Source of the DNA: a virus
Lineage: Duplodnaviria > Heunggongvirae > Uroviricota > Caudoviricetes
DNA: 61,798 nucleotides
IMG/VR virus record: IMGVR_UViG_3300033233_000007
Strand: one strand, 5' to 3'
Positions 18,284 through 28,148 of this stretch are shown in pieces. Within the stretch, counting starts at the first letter, position 1. Each line of letters starts with the position of its first letter. Below the pieces are notes generated by a model. The model was not told the origin of the DNA. It ran no database searches and worked only from the letters and a program-made list of their open reading frames with translations. The translations under genes and the position numbers were made by a program.

Positions 18284-18738
18284 CAAGCGTCTGGGCCATA
18301 AAGCAATTCTCCAAAGGCACCGGCCTCTGGGAAGGCGTGAAGTGCTGGATGACGGATCAACCGCACGAACAGAAGTTCATCGACCAATGGGCTTTGGCGA
18401 TGCACGGCGTCGTGGCGGTGGCGGGCCTCGGGCTCGGGCTGGCGATCTCCGCTCTTGTCAAATTGCCCGTCGAGAAAATAATTGTGATCGAGAAAAGCTC
18501 CGGCGTGATCGACTTGTGGCCGACGTCGCCGTATTACACGAATGACACGAGAATCTCCGTGATTCATGGCGACGCGGCGCTCGCGCCTATCGCAAAATGC
18601 GACTCCGCGTGGCTTGATATTTGGCCCACGGCTCCGACCGAAGTCGAGTGGCGTTCTTTGGCGACGGCCTACGCCGCCAAAGGCGCAAAGTCCGTCGTGG
18701 TCTGGCCTCGCGGTTCGGTTTTGACGGAGACGACATGA
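18280..18738 (+). CDS. SAM-dependent methyltransferase-fold (spermidine-synthase-like) protein
   Basis: VAVAGLGLG, VIEKS, HGDA, WLDIWP motifs. Confidence 0.65.
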   Translation: MTSVWAIKQFSKGTGLWEGVKCWMTDQPHEQKFIDQWALAMHGVVAVAGLGLGLAISALVKLPVEKIIVIEKSSGVIDLWPTSPYYTNDTRISVIHGDAALAPIAKCDSAWLDIWPTAPTEVEWRSLATAYAAKGAKSVVVWPRGSVLTETT

Positions 18739-19220
18739 AAGGCAACTTCAGCTATCTCGGCCCCACGACCTACTCTTCTGGAGGTGGCGGAGGCGGGGGG
18801 CAAGAAGCGTTTCTAACGTACACATTCGCAGGCGGTGATCTGATGCCGCAAACTCAAAACCCCGGTTTTGACGCTACGAGAATTCAAGTGCAGATGGGAC
18901 CGTTTACTATAGGCCCCACGGACATTGGGGTAATGTCATACTTCGCCTTGGGGACGTTTCCTGTTGGCGCACCGAATCTTGCGACTCTTCAAGCCATAGA
19001 ACATTTCGTAACGACCGCATCTGCAGTTCCCGGCGTGCCGCCGTTTCAGTCTACTGCTTCCGGCTCATTTGGAAATGTTATCGACATAAGAAACAACGTC
19101 TTGGGCATTGTGTTCACCGCAACGGTCGTAAAGACCGCTACGGGGATCGAAATTACCCCCAGCGTCAACACATTCGCGGGGCGGGGAGATTTCGTGTCAA
19201 TCGGGATGCTCGTGCGCTGA
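18735..19220 (+). CDS. Spike-family paralog
   Basis: MKGNFSYLG..GGGGGG. Confidence 0.7.
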   Translation: MKGNFSYLGPTTYSSGGGGGGGQEAFLTYTFAGGDLMPQTQNPGFDATRIQVQMGPFTIGPTDIGVMSYFALGTFPVGAPNLATLQAIEHFVTTASAVPGVPPFQSTASGSFGNVIDIRNNVLGIVFTATVVKTATGIEITPSVNTFAGRGDFVSIGMLVR

Positions 19221-19645
19221 TGACCGGCTACTCGACAGGCATCTTCCCCACGACCGCTGGTCAAGGCGGCGGGGGCGGCGGGCCGACGTTCGTGCCTGAC
19301 TTCCAGAACATGTTCAGCGGCGGTCCCGTTGCCTCGACCTACGGAAGCCCTGGCGGCGCGGGGGACGAGACCGTCTACCTTCCGGTCTTCCGCGCCGGAG
19401 CGCTCACGCGCATTCGAACAAATGTGACCGTGAATACGTTAACGGCTCCGGCGACGATCGAGGGGGCGGTGAACGGCATCGGCACGGGATTCATGGTCGG
19501 GTATCTGGCCGGAGAACTTGGCACGAAGTCCATCACGCTCAGCGCGCCGCTGGCTGTGCGAAGCAGAATCGCCGTCATCATCACGCCCGGCGTGGGCGTC
19601 GGCGCTATCAGCGTATCGTCCGGCTTGGAGTACCAGCCGTCGTGA
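19220..19645 (+). CDS. Spike-family paralog
   Basis: MTGYSTGIF..GGGGG. Confidence 0.7.
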   Translation: MTGYSTGIFPTTAGQGGGGGGPTFVPDFQNMFSGGPVASTYGSPGGAGDETVYLPVFRAGALTRIRTNVTVNTLTAPATIEGAVNGIGTGFMVGYLAGELGTKSITLSAPLAVRSRIAVIITPGVGVGAISVSSGLEYQPS

Positions 19646-20079
19646 CGGGCTATTCGACATATTTTGCCGCACTGACCGCGACAAGCGGTGGGGGCGGTGG
19701 AGCTACGGCTGGACCCATCTACGGAGTCGTCGGTCTTTCCGTGGACGCCGGCACGCCGGTCGCTGAGGACATTTTTAACAGCCCGCAGAATCCGTTTCCG
19801 AGTCCGCAACTTCGTACGCCCGTCCCCGGAGCAGGGCTTTTCCGTCGCTTTGTCTCCAATGTCACGGTCAATACGCTCACCGCCGTCATGACACTGGAGC
19901 TTCTCGTCAATGGTGCGGGGACGGCGCTCATGACGACGTATCTGGCGGGTGAGACGGGCGTGAAGTCCATCGACATCGCCGTGCCCGTCGTCCTGGGTGA
20001 TCTTGTGAGCTTCCGCGTCACGTCGACGGCGGTCGGTGCGGAGTTCATGAACGGCACCTGTTCCGCGGAATTCCAATAA
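19642..20079 (+). CDS. Spike-family paralog
   Basis: MTGYSTYF..GGGGG; similar to 19220 and 20079 (V.VNTLT). Confidence 0.7.
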   Translation: MTGYSTYFAALTATSGGGGGATAGPIYGVVGLSVDAGTPVAEDIFNSPQNPFPSPQLRTPVPGAGLFRRFVSNVTVNTLTAVMTLELLVNGAGTALMTTYLAGETGVKSIDIAVPVVLGDLVSFRVTSTAVGAEFMNGTCSAEFQ

Positions 20080-20513
20080 TGGCAAGCGGTTACTCGCAAT
20101 TTTTTACGGCCCTGACGATGGCCCCCGGCGGAAGCGGCGGAGGCGCGGGCCGTGCCGTTCTCGCCGCAGAGTCGGCCGTCGGGCCCGGCGACGACCGCGA
20201 GGGCATCTTCTCCGTCAACCTGCCGTTTCCCGCCCCGGAGTTCCGCGTTCCCGTGACCCGGAATGGGAATATTACGAACTTCCATGTGAGCGTGAGCGCC
20301 AACACGCTGACGGTGGCGTCGACCTGTACGGTTTTGATTAACGGCGTAGCGACAGCATTGGTGCTCACCTACCTTGCCGCTGTGACAGGATTCTCGACTA
20401 TCGGCGGTCCCGTTGCGATCGTATCCGGCGACCTCATCAGTGTTCGCATGACAGCACCGGCGGGGCTCGGGTCCGCCAGTTTCAGCGCCGCCATTATCTT
20501 GACTCAGTCTTAG
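20079..20513 (+). CDS. Spike-family paralog
   Basis: MASGYSQFF..GGSGGG. Confidence 0.7.
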   Translation: MASGYSQFFTALTMAPGGSGGGAGRAVLAAESAVGPGDDREGIFSVNLPFPAPEFRVPVTRNGNITNFHVSVSANTLTVASTCTVLINGVATALVLTYLAAVTGFSTIGGPVAIVSGDLISVRMTAPAGLGSASFSAAIILTQS

Positions 20514-20522
20514 GAGAACAGC

Positions 20523-21497
20523 ATGCCTTATCACGTTATCGACGAGTTCGCCAAGAACCGCGGCTACGACACCGCCGGCTTCTCGGACGAACTCAAGACC
20601 CTGCTTGACGCCGAGATTGTCAAGCCCGGCGTTCGTCCCACGATCGAGCAGGCCCTGAACACCGAAGACCCACGGGCGGCGTTTCAAACCCTTGCCGAGG
20701 AATCCGTCTCCGCGGCCCTCGACGAGCAGGTCCACGACCCGTCGACCTTGCCTTTCGCCGATGTCGGCCGCGTCGTGGGCAACTATGTTGAGGCCGTCTC
20801 TGATGCAATCTCCGAACTCACGGACCCGAACTCCGAAGCGTCGGACGAGTTCTTCGGCATGCTGGCCCGTGACGAGGACATCGACTACATCACGGACTGG
20901 CTCGCGAATGAGGCTATGGGAAGCATCAAGACCGTCGGTGAAGACGTTGCCCAGGCCATGGAAACCGAAGGCGCGCTCATGGGCCTTGGCCAGGGATGGG
21001 AAACGATTCTGGCCGCCGCCATCCCCGGCGTGCTCAACGCCGTCTCCGGCGCCTCGGGTGGTCGCACCAGCGGGAAGCCCTACCGCAGCGACTGGCAGAC
21101 CGTTCGTGACGCTCGGGCGGCTTATGACCAGATCAAGAGTTTCGCCGCTCAATCGCCGGAAGCGGCCCAGGCCGTTGACGCGGTCGATCAGGCGCTCCGT
21201 GCCGCCGACGTTGAGGGAAACCGCAATAACGTCGAGGGGCTCCGTCAGAACGTGCAGGCCGCCATGGGCCTCATCGCGGAGATCAAGCGCGCCGTCGCCG
21301 AATCCAGATCGCCGAAGGCCCAAGGCGCGATCACGGGCGCGACGGACAAGGTGACGCAGCCGATCGGTGCGAGCATGACGTCCATCTTCGAAGAACCCGC
21401 GGTGGTAAGCGGCCTGTCGTATGCGGCGCTGGGCATCGGCGCCATCGTCCTCATCAAGCTCGCCACGCGCGGGACGAAGGAAAGACCGAAGGCGTGA
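20523..21497 (+). CDS. Helical virion membrane protein, C-terminal TM
   Basis: ORF with RBS and C-terminal anchor. Confidence 0.75.
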   Translation: MPYHVIDEFAKNRGYDTAGFSDELKTLLDAEIVKPGVRPTIEQALNTEDPRAAFQTLAEESVSAALDEQVHDPSTLPFADVGRVVGNYVEAVSDAISELTDPNSEASDEFFGMLARDEDIDYITDWLANEAMGSIKTVGEDVAQAMETEGALMGLGQGWETILAAAIPGVLNAVSGASGGRTSGKPYRSDWQTVRDARAAYDQIKSFAAQSPEAAQAVDAVDQALRAADVEGNRNNVEGLRQNVQAAMGLIAEIKRAVAESRSPKAQGAITGATDKVTQPIGASMTSIFEEPAVVSGLSYAALGIGAIVLIKLATRGTKERPKA

Positions 21498-22186
21498 GTA
21501 TCCAGATTTACATATCGCCTTTCACGGAATTCCGGGCCGTCTCGCGTTTCGACTACGACGTGCGCGACGCCGACACGGGGACCAGCGTCACATCGGAAAG
21601 CGGCGCGTCCGCTAAGACGATCACGGTGCCTCTGCGTCGCGCGTACCAGATCACCTTTTCGAACATGGCTGAGCTTCCGGGCGTGCGGCACTTCATGCGG
21701 ATTCCTGAAACGGGCGACGCCGGCGACGGTGAAAGTTACTACGCCAACCCCACGCTTAAGCCGACAGGCGAACCCGCGACGATTGTTCCGCCTCTCGCCA
21801 AGGGCCCTATCAACATCATGACGATCCGCGTCTTGTATCCCGACAAGAAGCCCGTGTTCGGCGCCGTCGTACTGGTGCGCATGCCCGACGAGACGGACGT
21901 CATCCGCGGGGTCACGTCTTCGGTCTTCCCCTTGGCGGGCACGGCCATCATCAGCGTTCCCCGTAAGCCCTTCTACTATCTCGAGGTCCAAGTCCCCGGC
22001 TATCCGTCGGCGCGTCCGGTTCTTACGGGAAAGCCTTTCATGTTGTATGATGTCGTCATGGCGCCGGAGCCGGTTGTTCAGAGAATGCCGGGCGACGAGA
22101 CCAGGTCGATCCCGACGGTCGTGTATGTCGGCGCCAGCATCGTCGGCCTGATCGTGCTCGCGTCTATTTTCGGAAGTCAAGACTGA
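21494..22186 (+). CDS. Membrane-anchored protein with Ig/prealbumin-like beta domains
   Basis: Beta-rich plus C-terminal TM. Confidence 0.7.
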   Translation: MSIQIYISPFTEFRAVSRFDYDVRDADTGTSVTSESGASAKTITVPLRRAYQITFSNMAELPGVRHFMRIPETGDAGDGESYYANPTLKPTGEPATIVPPLAKGPINIMTIRVLYPDKKPVFGAVVLVRMPDETDVIRGVTSSVFPLAGTAIISVPRKPFYYLEVQVPGYPSARPVLTGKPFMLYDVVMAPEPVVQRMPGDETRSIPTVVYVGASIVGLIVLASIFGSQD

Positions 22187-22323
22187 TGCCCGAATACGTC
22201 TTTGAACTTGAAAAAGAAGAGGCCGTCGAGATTCTCGGAATTCCCGTGCCTCCTCTTGTAGTTATCGGTGGCGGTGTCGTCATCGGTCTTTTGCTCGTGA
22301 ATCTGTTTATGAAGGAGAACTAA
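22186..22323 (+). CDS. 45-aa membrane protein
   Basis: Manual translation MPEYVFELEK..GLLLVNLFMKEN*; coupled on both sides. Confidence 0.65.
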   Translation: MPEYVFELEKEEAVEILGIPVPPLVVIGGGVVIGLLLVNLFMKEN

Positions 22324-23853
22324 ATGCCCGTGGATTATGGTTCCCTTTTCGGCACGCTCAGCGGTCGCCGGCTCTCGGGCTACGGCGGACTCGGTCAGCC
22401 CGCCTCGATCATGCCCGCCACGAGAAGCAAAATCGAAGGTCTTACGCAGAACTCGTGGGTCCAAAGCGGCGGCTGGGCGGGCAACAAGTTCATCCTCGTC
22501 GTGGACGGACCTGCGTTCACGGCATCGACCGGCAGGGCTGCGACGACTAACCAGATCATGGACTACATCGTCACGGTGAAAGGAATCGCGGCCCAGGCGT
22601 ACGTCACCATTCAGGTCGTGAGTGGTGCAGTGTCTGCCCCCGGTGTGGCCCCGGCGCCCGGCGTTACCGTTCAGCCGGGCATTGCGGCGCTGCCGATCCC
22701 CGACAGCTACAAGGTTCGAATCGACGACGCCCACAACAATCTTGTGGCGGCCGCTCCGGCGCTCGATACGACGTCGGCGTGGAAGAACGCCGCGGCTCAG
22801 TATGCGGCGGTCGTCCAGACGGCGCAGGGCGGAAACATGACCGACCTGCCCTCCCGGCTTGCGTTGCTGGAGAGCATGGTTGCGACCCTGTCGCAGATGG
22901 GCCCCCCGCCCGTAACGCCTCCGCCGGTTTCCGTCATCATGCCTCCTCCGCCGCCGGAGATGGCCACGACGAAGACGATTCGCGTCGTCGCCAGAGCCAA
23001 GAAAGACGGCCAGGCGCTCCCGGCGCAGGCGCGCTACTGGATTGGCACGAACACAACCGGCCCCGCTGAGTCTGTCACGCAGTTCACGGGAGCCGTCGAA
23101 ATCCAGGTCCCGCTGGCGCTTCTCACAGTCCGCGTTCACAGTGCCGGATTCAAGCCCATGACTCGCGTGGTCGATCTCCGGGGTGCGACGCCCGACATCG
23201 GGCCGGGAGTATCCGGTTTTTTTCGAGGCGCGGGGTTTCTAACGCTGTCTGATCTGAATCAGGCCGCTGACGAAGCCCCGCTCGAACTGGCGTTCGATCT
23301 TACGGAAGAGCTTCCCATCGACGTGGTCTTCGACTTGGCGGAAGAAGTCGTGCTGGCGCCCGTGGCCATTGCGCCGGCGCCGCTTCTGCCGATCGTCGAG
23401 CCCATGCCCGTTGCGGTCGCTCCGGCTTATGAACCTCTTGCGCCTGCGCCGATCATGGCGCCGGCCCCCCTGCCGGCGATCGTCCCGGCCTACGCGCCAC
23501 CCGTGGTACCTACGTCGCTCCCTCCGACACCGGCGTATGTGCCCCTGCCCGTAGGGCCGCCGCCGATTGTGACACCCATAGCGCCGCCGGTAAGCCAGCT
23601 TCCTGAAGAGTTCATGACCTTCGGGCCTCCGGCGATGGACGCGTCGATCATCAGTCTGCCACGGGCCGCGGAAGAAGCGCCGTTGCTGCCGGTTCCGCTG
23701 ACGGCGGAAGTTCCGTTCACTCCGGCCCCACGGCCCACACCGGAAGTTGCTACCGACACGGTCAATATCTTCGGCCTGAAGCTGCCGAAGAAACTGCTCA
23801 TCGGCGGCAGTATTGCCGCGGCCGCTTTCTTCCTGTTGAGGAAGAAAGATTGA
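22324..23853 (+). CDS. Pro-rich stalk protein with C-terminal TM
   Basis: 509 aa, Pro-rich linker, C-terminal anchor. Confidence 0.75.
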   Translation: MPVDYGSLFGTLSGRRLSGYGGLGQPASIMPATRSKIEGLTQNSWVQSGGWAGNKFILVVDGPAFTASTGRAATTNQIMDYIVTVKGIAAQAYVTIQVVSGAVSAPGVAPAPGVTVQPGIAALPIPDSYKVRIDDAHNNLVAAAPALDTTSAWKNAAAQYAAVVQTAQGGNMTDLPSRLALLESMVATLSQMGPPPVTPPPVSVIMPPPPPEMATTKTIRVVARAKKDGQALPAQARYWIGTNTTGPAESVTQFTGAVEIQVPLALLTVRVHSAGFKPMTRVVDLRGATPDIGPGVSGFFRGAGFLTLSDLNQAADEAPLELAFDLTEELPIDVVFDLAEEVVLAPVAIAPAPLLPIVEPMPVAVAPAYEPLAPAPIMAPAPLPAIVPAYAPPVVPTSLPPTPAYVPLPVGPPPIVTPIAPPVSQLPEEFMTFGPPAMDASIISLPRAAEEAPLLPVPLTAEVPFTPAPRPTPEVATDTVNIFGLKLPKKLLIGGSIAAAAFFLLRKKD

Positions 23854-24146
23854 TGCAGAATCTCAGCATGGAGCAGTTTGGCATGAGCCATCCCTCACAC
23901 TGGGGCACGCCCGTTCAAGGCGGGACTGCGCATACGCTGGCGGTGAAGATGCTCGGCCAACTGGCGGCGCTCGTAAAGGAGATGACGCCGGACGAGCGAA
24001 GCGACTTCGTGCGCCGCGTCCTTCAGATGTCCAGGCACAACCGCGTCGGCGCCGTCCACCTGCCTACGGTCTATCACGAGGGCACGGCCGGCATTGGCCA
24101 CGTCGTTTTTGGCCGCGTTCCCGTCAACACTATCTACCGTTATTAG
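23853..24146 (+). CDS. Hypothetical protein
   Basis: Coupled ORF. Confidence 0.6.
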   Translation: MQNLSMEQFGMSHPSHWGTPVQGGTAHTLAVKMLGQLAALVKEMTPDERSDFVRRVLQMSRHNRVGAVHLPTVYHEGTAGIGHVVFGRVPVNTIYRY

Positions 24147-24154
24147 GAGATTGC

Positions 24155-24577
24155 GTGAACAACCTGACGATCGGACAGATTTCGCCGGAGACCACGGCGC
24201 CCGTGAACGTCTTTCAGGCCTCGGACTCCCTGACGACGGCCATGGACCGCCTGCGCGTGGAGGAAGAGGCCAAGAAGCGCGCGTACGCGACGCCTGCGTC
24301 GGCGATTTCCGCGCAGCCCATGCTCACGGCAATGGCCAACGCGCGAATCGCTGCCGTGCAGAGGGCCATGCCCGGTGTCACGGCGGCCCGCATCAGCGTG
24401 CCCGCCGATCCCGTTCGCGACATCATCGACAAAGCCGTGGCCGTCGTCCTGTCGACGGGAGACGTTACGACGATGAAGCGGTACTCGGAGTATTTCAACG
24501 CCAAGCTCGGCCGGGCGATGGCGGTGAGGCCGACGATCGCGGCCCTGACCGCCGCGGCCAGAAGGAAGCTCATCTGA
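24155..24577 (+). CDS. Hypothetical protein
   Basis: AGGAG RBS, GTG start. Confidence 0.65.
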   Translation: MNNLTIGQISPETTAPVNVFQASDSLTTAMDRLRVEEEAKKRAYATPASAISAQPMLTAMANARIAAVQRAMPGVTAARISVPADPVRDIIDKAVAVVLSTGDVTTMKRYSEYFNAKLGRAMAVRPTIAALTAAARRKLI

Positions 24578-25407
24578 TGCTCGGGCTTCATCTCGGTAAT
24601 TTCGGGCAAGAGGAGTTCCCGCCGACGGCGGCGCAGGTCTCCCGTATCATCGACTTTGCCGGTGCCCAGGCCAGGCAGGCCATCGCCGCCGTTCGAAGAG
24701 TCCCAAAACCCAGCGACCTGTACTTCGTCATCGACGCCGTTAAGCGGGCCATCGCCCGTAACGGCGTCGGCGGAGCCATTACGATGGGCGTCGGCGCCCC
24801 CGTCTTGGCTACCGGGTCTGCCGAAGACTATCCGCAGTACGATTTCCGGGCGACGAGGGTGCGGGCCGCTTGGAAGAAGAGTTGGCCCGTCGTGAAAGAC
24901 GCGCTCGCCGCGGGCGACGCTTTTGTCATGTCCGTTTCGTTCCCGCGGCTCTCGTCGATGGGGCCTCTGCCGTCCGAGGCCATTGCCGTGCTTAACCAGA
25001 TGCTCGGATATTACGCGGCCGTCGACCCCGGCGCGTCGCCGCCGGCCCTGAGCGTCCGGGCACTCGAATCTGCGGCCCGTGGAGAAGAACTGCCGATCGA
25101 CTTCATGCTGTTCCCGCCGTTTGAGGGCGAGCAGCCCATCGAAATGCCGGGGTTCCCCGAAGTTCCACCGGCCTATGCGGCGCCCTACGAGCCCGTGCCG
25201 ACCTATGCGACTCCGGCCATCACGTCGACCGTCGGACCTGCGGTGTGGCCGTCGGTGACGCCCGTGGCCCCGCCGACGTACGCGACACCCGGACTTTCTC
25301 CCCTTCAGTGGTGGGAGCAGCCGACGGCCTTCAGTACCAAGCCGACGGCCGCGTCTTTGCCCCCTGGGATTTTTGGACTTGGTTTCTTTTACAGGAGCGT
25401 CAGATGA
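24577..25407 (+). CDS. Hypothetical virion protein, Pro-rich C-terminus
   Basis: TGATG coupling. Confidence 0.65.
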   Translation: MLGLHLGNFGQEEFPPTAAQVSRIIDFAGAQARQAIAAVRRVPKPSDLYFVIDAVKRAIARNGVGGAITMGVGAPVLATGSAEDYPQYDFRATRVRAAWKKSWPVVKDALAAGDAFVMSVSFPRLSSMGPLPSEAIAVLNQMLGYYAAVDPGASPPALSVRALESAARGEELPIDFMLFPPFEGEQPIEMPGFPEVPPAYAAPYEPVPTYATPAITSTVGPAVWPSVTPVAPPTYATPGLSPLQWWEQPTAFSTKPTAASLPPGIFGLGFFYRSVR

Positions 25408-25841
25408 AGAACGGTTTCGCACTCGCGTGTGTGTTCCTGTTCATGTTCGGGCTCGCCGCCGTGGCGCTTGCGGCTCAGGATGCCGCGGTCGTCGGCGTGA
25501 CCACGAACAACGCCACCATGTCGTGGGGCGATTGGAAGACCTACACGGGCATCGCCGTCATGGTCACGGGGCTCGTGGGTTTCATCAAGAAGCTCTGGCC
25601 TGCGTTCGCCGCAAACAAGGAACGGTTCATCGCGATGGGCCTCGCCGTGGGCATCGGTATCGTTGCCAAGCTCCTCGGTGCGTTCGACGGGCCGAAATCG
25701 GGTGGTGAAAGTTGGATCAACCACATTATCGCGCTCGTGATGGCCGGCATCGGCTCCGGTTACGTCCACGACGATTTGGTCAATCCGTTCCTGAAGGGGA
25801 AGGAGACCGTTGCGGCCCCGACGGCGTTGCCGGTGAAGTAG
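25404..25841 (+). CDS. Holin-like multi-TM protein
   Basis: Signal-like N-terminus plus three TM segments. Confidence 0.5.
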   Translation: MKNGFALACVFLFMFGLAAVALAAQDAAVVGVTTNNATMSWGDWKTYTGIAVMVTGLVGFIKKLWPAFAANKERFIAMGLAVGIGIVAKLLGAFDGPKSGGESWINHIIALVMAGIGSGYVHDDLVNPFLKGKETVAAPTALPVK

Positions 25842-25873
25842 TTCATTCTATGAACGACAACCCTCTCCTAGCA

Positions 25874-25914
25874 GGGACGGCAGGGCGGGTGGGCAACCCG
25901 CTCTGCCGCTTCCC
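25874..25914. repeat. Intergenic GC-rich inverted repeat
   Basis: CGGCAGGGCGGGT-GGGCA-ACCCGCTCTGCCG. Confidence 0.65.
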
Positions 25915-25926
25915 TCATAAGGCGAG

Positions 25927-26190
25927 ATGATGGAACGGCAATGGGAAATAGACACGTTCAGAAACGGACGGCGGTACACGCAGGACGCCGCCCGCACGAA
26001 GGCAAAGGCCATGGCGGAGGCCAGGCAGATGATAATGGCCGCGTTTTATTCCGCCGGACGGATGCCTAAAGCGGTGACGGCGAAAATCTCTCTCGTGGAG
26101 TACGCCGAGCGCGACATGCGTAAAACGATCGAGAGCTACGAGATGACCGTGAACGTCGGCATCTCATTCAAGACCAGGAGGACGAGATGA
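25927..26190 (+). CDS. Hypothetical protein
   Basis: Coupled ORF. Confidence 0.6.
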   Translation: MMERQWEIDTFRNGRRYTQDAARTKAKAMAEARQMIMAAFYSAGRMPKAVTAKISLVEYAERDMRKTIESYEMTVNVGISFKTRRTR

Positions 26191-26489
26191 TGTACGTCGT
26201 AGGGATTCTCGGCATTGGCGGCCTGATCCTCGGCCTGCTCCTCCTCTACTACCGCCAGCGCGCTTTGGCCGCCGAGCGCGAAGCCGAACTCCAAAAGGCG
26301 CGAGCGGAGAATTTGCTTCGGGTCTTGGAGCTTGAGAAGAAGCTTCGTGAGGCGGCGGCAATCGACAGGGACAAGATCGAGGCCGAGATCAAAGAGGTCA
26401 TGACGCGCGTGAATGAGGCCAAGCCCGGCGACGTGATCGCCAACCCGTTTGAGGCGCCCACGCAGCCGCCGGCAGGAGGAAACGCATGA
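26187..26489 (+). CDS. i-spanin-like protein
   Basis: N-terminal TM followed by coiled coil. Confidence 0.55.
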   Translation: MMYVVGILGIGGLILGLLLLYYRQRALAAEREAELQKARAENLLRVLELEKKLREAAAIDRDKIEAEIKEVMTRVNEAKPGDVIANPFEAPTQPPAGGNA

Positions 26490-26773
26490 CCCGCTACGAC
26501 GACAACTTTCACACCGAAGGTAACTGGGAATACGACCCCGAAAGCGGTGTCATCTTCGTCGGCGAAGAGATTCTCTTCACGGTTGAAGGCGCTGACGACG
26601 AAGACGCGTTCGTGGCGGCAGCAGCGCCGGAGATGCTGAAGGCGTTGAAGTTTGTCCTCGAGCAATGGAATGCACCGACGTATGGCGACCACGAGGCGCT
26701 GATTGACCATATGTTCGACGCCATCGAGATGGCGAACACCGCCATCGCCAAAGCCATAAGGAGGACCTCGTGA
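26486..26773 (+). CDS. Hypothetical phage protein (FVAAAAPEMLKAL motif)
   Basis: Common phage small-protein motif. Confidence 0.65.
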   Translation: MTRYDDNFHTEGNWEYDPESGVIFVGEEILFTVEGADDEDAFVAAAAPEMLKALKFVLEQWNAPTYGDHEALIDHMFDAIEMANTAIAKAIRRTS

Positions 26774-27051
26774 AATATCTCATCGGTCTCTGCCTCCTTC
26801 TCTCCGCCTGCTCGCACGGCGTCCCCGTGGCGGACCTGCCGTACCTGCCCGTGGACGTCATTCCCAAGACGGAGATCGCTAACGTGAATCCGACCCGCAC
26901 GGCAAACGGCATGGAATTCTCGCTCGAAGACTTTGAAAAAACGCTCAGAATGGTAAAGTGGCAGCAGGCCGAGAGCGAGGCCCTGCGTAAAATGATCGAT
27001 GTGTACAACAAGTACGTTGAAGAACAGCGCAAGAAAGCTTTGGAGGACTAG
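26770..27051 (+). CDS. Lipoprotein, o-spanin-like
   Basis: Lipobox LLLSA-C, Pro-rich mature region. Confidence 0.6.
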   Translation: MKYLIGLCLLLSACSHGVPVADLPYLPVDVIPKTEIANVNPTRTANGMEFSLEDFEKTLRMVKWQQAESEALRKMIDVYNKYVEEQRKKALED

Positions 27052-27054
27052 CCG

Positions 27055-27444
27055 ATGCCCAATCACATGACGATCGACGTCATGCGCGTCGTGCCCGATC
27101 TGCCGCGCATGTCCGTCAATCTGCCTGAAGCTCACATCGAGCGCGCGGAGACCAATCTGCCGAGCGTCGTGCCCGGCGTGGCGCCGCGGCCGTGGATCGG
27201 GCCCGAGCCGTACTTCCCCGAGATCGACGAGACCCGTGCCATGGGCCCCTACCGCATCCAGGGCGTCAACCCCCACTGGATTAGCAAGATCGAAGGCAGG
27301 GGCCTCACCTGGCTTCAGCCGTTTACGAATCTGCCACAGAACGTTCCGACGAGCCCGACGACACCGTGGCGCGTGTCCATGATCAGGCCGCCCGCGCGCT
27401 TCGGGCCTTACGCGGTTCGAGTTCACGACGGAGGTGTCGTATGA
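27055..27444 (+). CDS. Pro-rich hypothetical protein
   Basis: ORF. Confidence 0.65.
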   Translation: MPNHMTIDVMRVVPDLPRMSVNLPEAHIERAETNLPSVVPGVAPRPWIGPEPYFPEIDETRAMGPYRIQGVNPHWISKIEGRGLTWLQPFTNLPQNVPTSPTTPWRVSMIRPPARFGPYAVRVHDGGVV

Positions 27445-28148
27445 ACGGAGTGGCGTTGAATGATTTCGGAGGACTGGGCAAATTCAAGCTGCCTAAACTC
27501 TTCAAGACCAAGAAAGCTAAGGCCCCGAAGGTCTTCAAGGCCATCAAAGCTCCGGCGGTCCCCTTCGTCTCCGCGAGAAAGAAGCAAGCGATGCAGATGG
27601 CGCCGCAGGTGTACGTTTCTCATATCCCTCATCCGTTGGCGACGACGGGCCTGCCCACGGCTGCGAACATCGGCAACCACGTGAAGGAAGTCGTGACGCG
27701 TCAGGGTTTCCCCCGGTGGATCGTCCGCGCCATACTCGAAGGCGGCGTCTGGGTCTTCGAAGTGAATCCGGCTGCGATCTCCGCTATGTCCGAAGCTGAC
27801 CTTCTGGCGCGGATAGCCGCCCTCGGCAAGATGAACTCGACGGAAATGATGCTCGTCCGCGTTCGCATGACCAGGCCCATGAGCCAGTCCGACATGTGGA
27901 CTTCCCAGAAGTTCATGCCCGGCATGGGCGATCTTCTTCTGGGCCGTGGTCTCGTCGGCGACGTCGTCTTCGGCGCTGGCATCGGACTCGGCCTGGCCGT
28001 CTTGCTCAAAAAAGACGCCGCCACGTGGGCCAGCTACGGTGCCGGCATCGGTGCGGCCAAGCATTTCCTCGCCTCACGTAAGGACGGGGTTCTCGTGCTC
28101 GAAGAACCCAAATCGGCATTTGCGCCACCGGAGGTCTTGACCGCATGA
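27441..28148 (+). CDS. Putative virion membrane protein
   Basis: GGAGG RBS; C-terminal Gly/hydrophobic helices. Confidence 0.7.
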   Translation: MNGVALNDFGGLGKFKLPKLFKTKKAKAPKVFKAIKAPAVPFVSARKKQAMQMAPQVYVSHIPHPLATTGLPTAANIGNHVKEVVTRQGFPRWIVRAILEGGVWVFEVNPAAISAMSEADLLARIAALGKMNSTEMMLVRVRMTRPMSQSDMWTSQKFMPGMGDLLLGRGLVGDVVFGAGIGLGLAVLLKKDAATWASYGAGIGAAKHFLASRKDGVLVLEEPKSAFAPPEVLTA

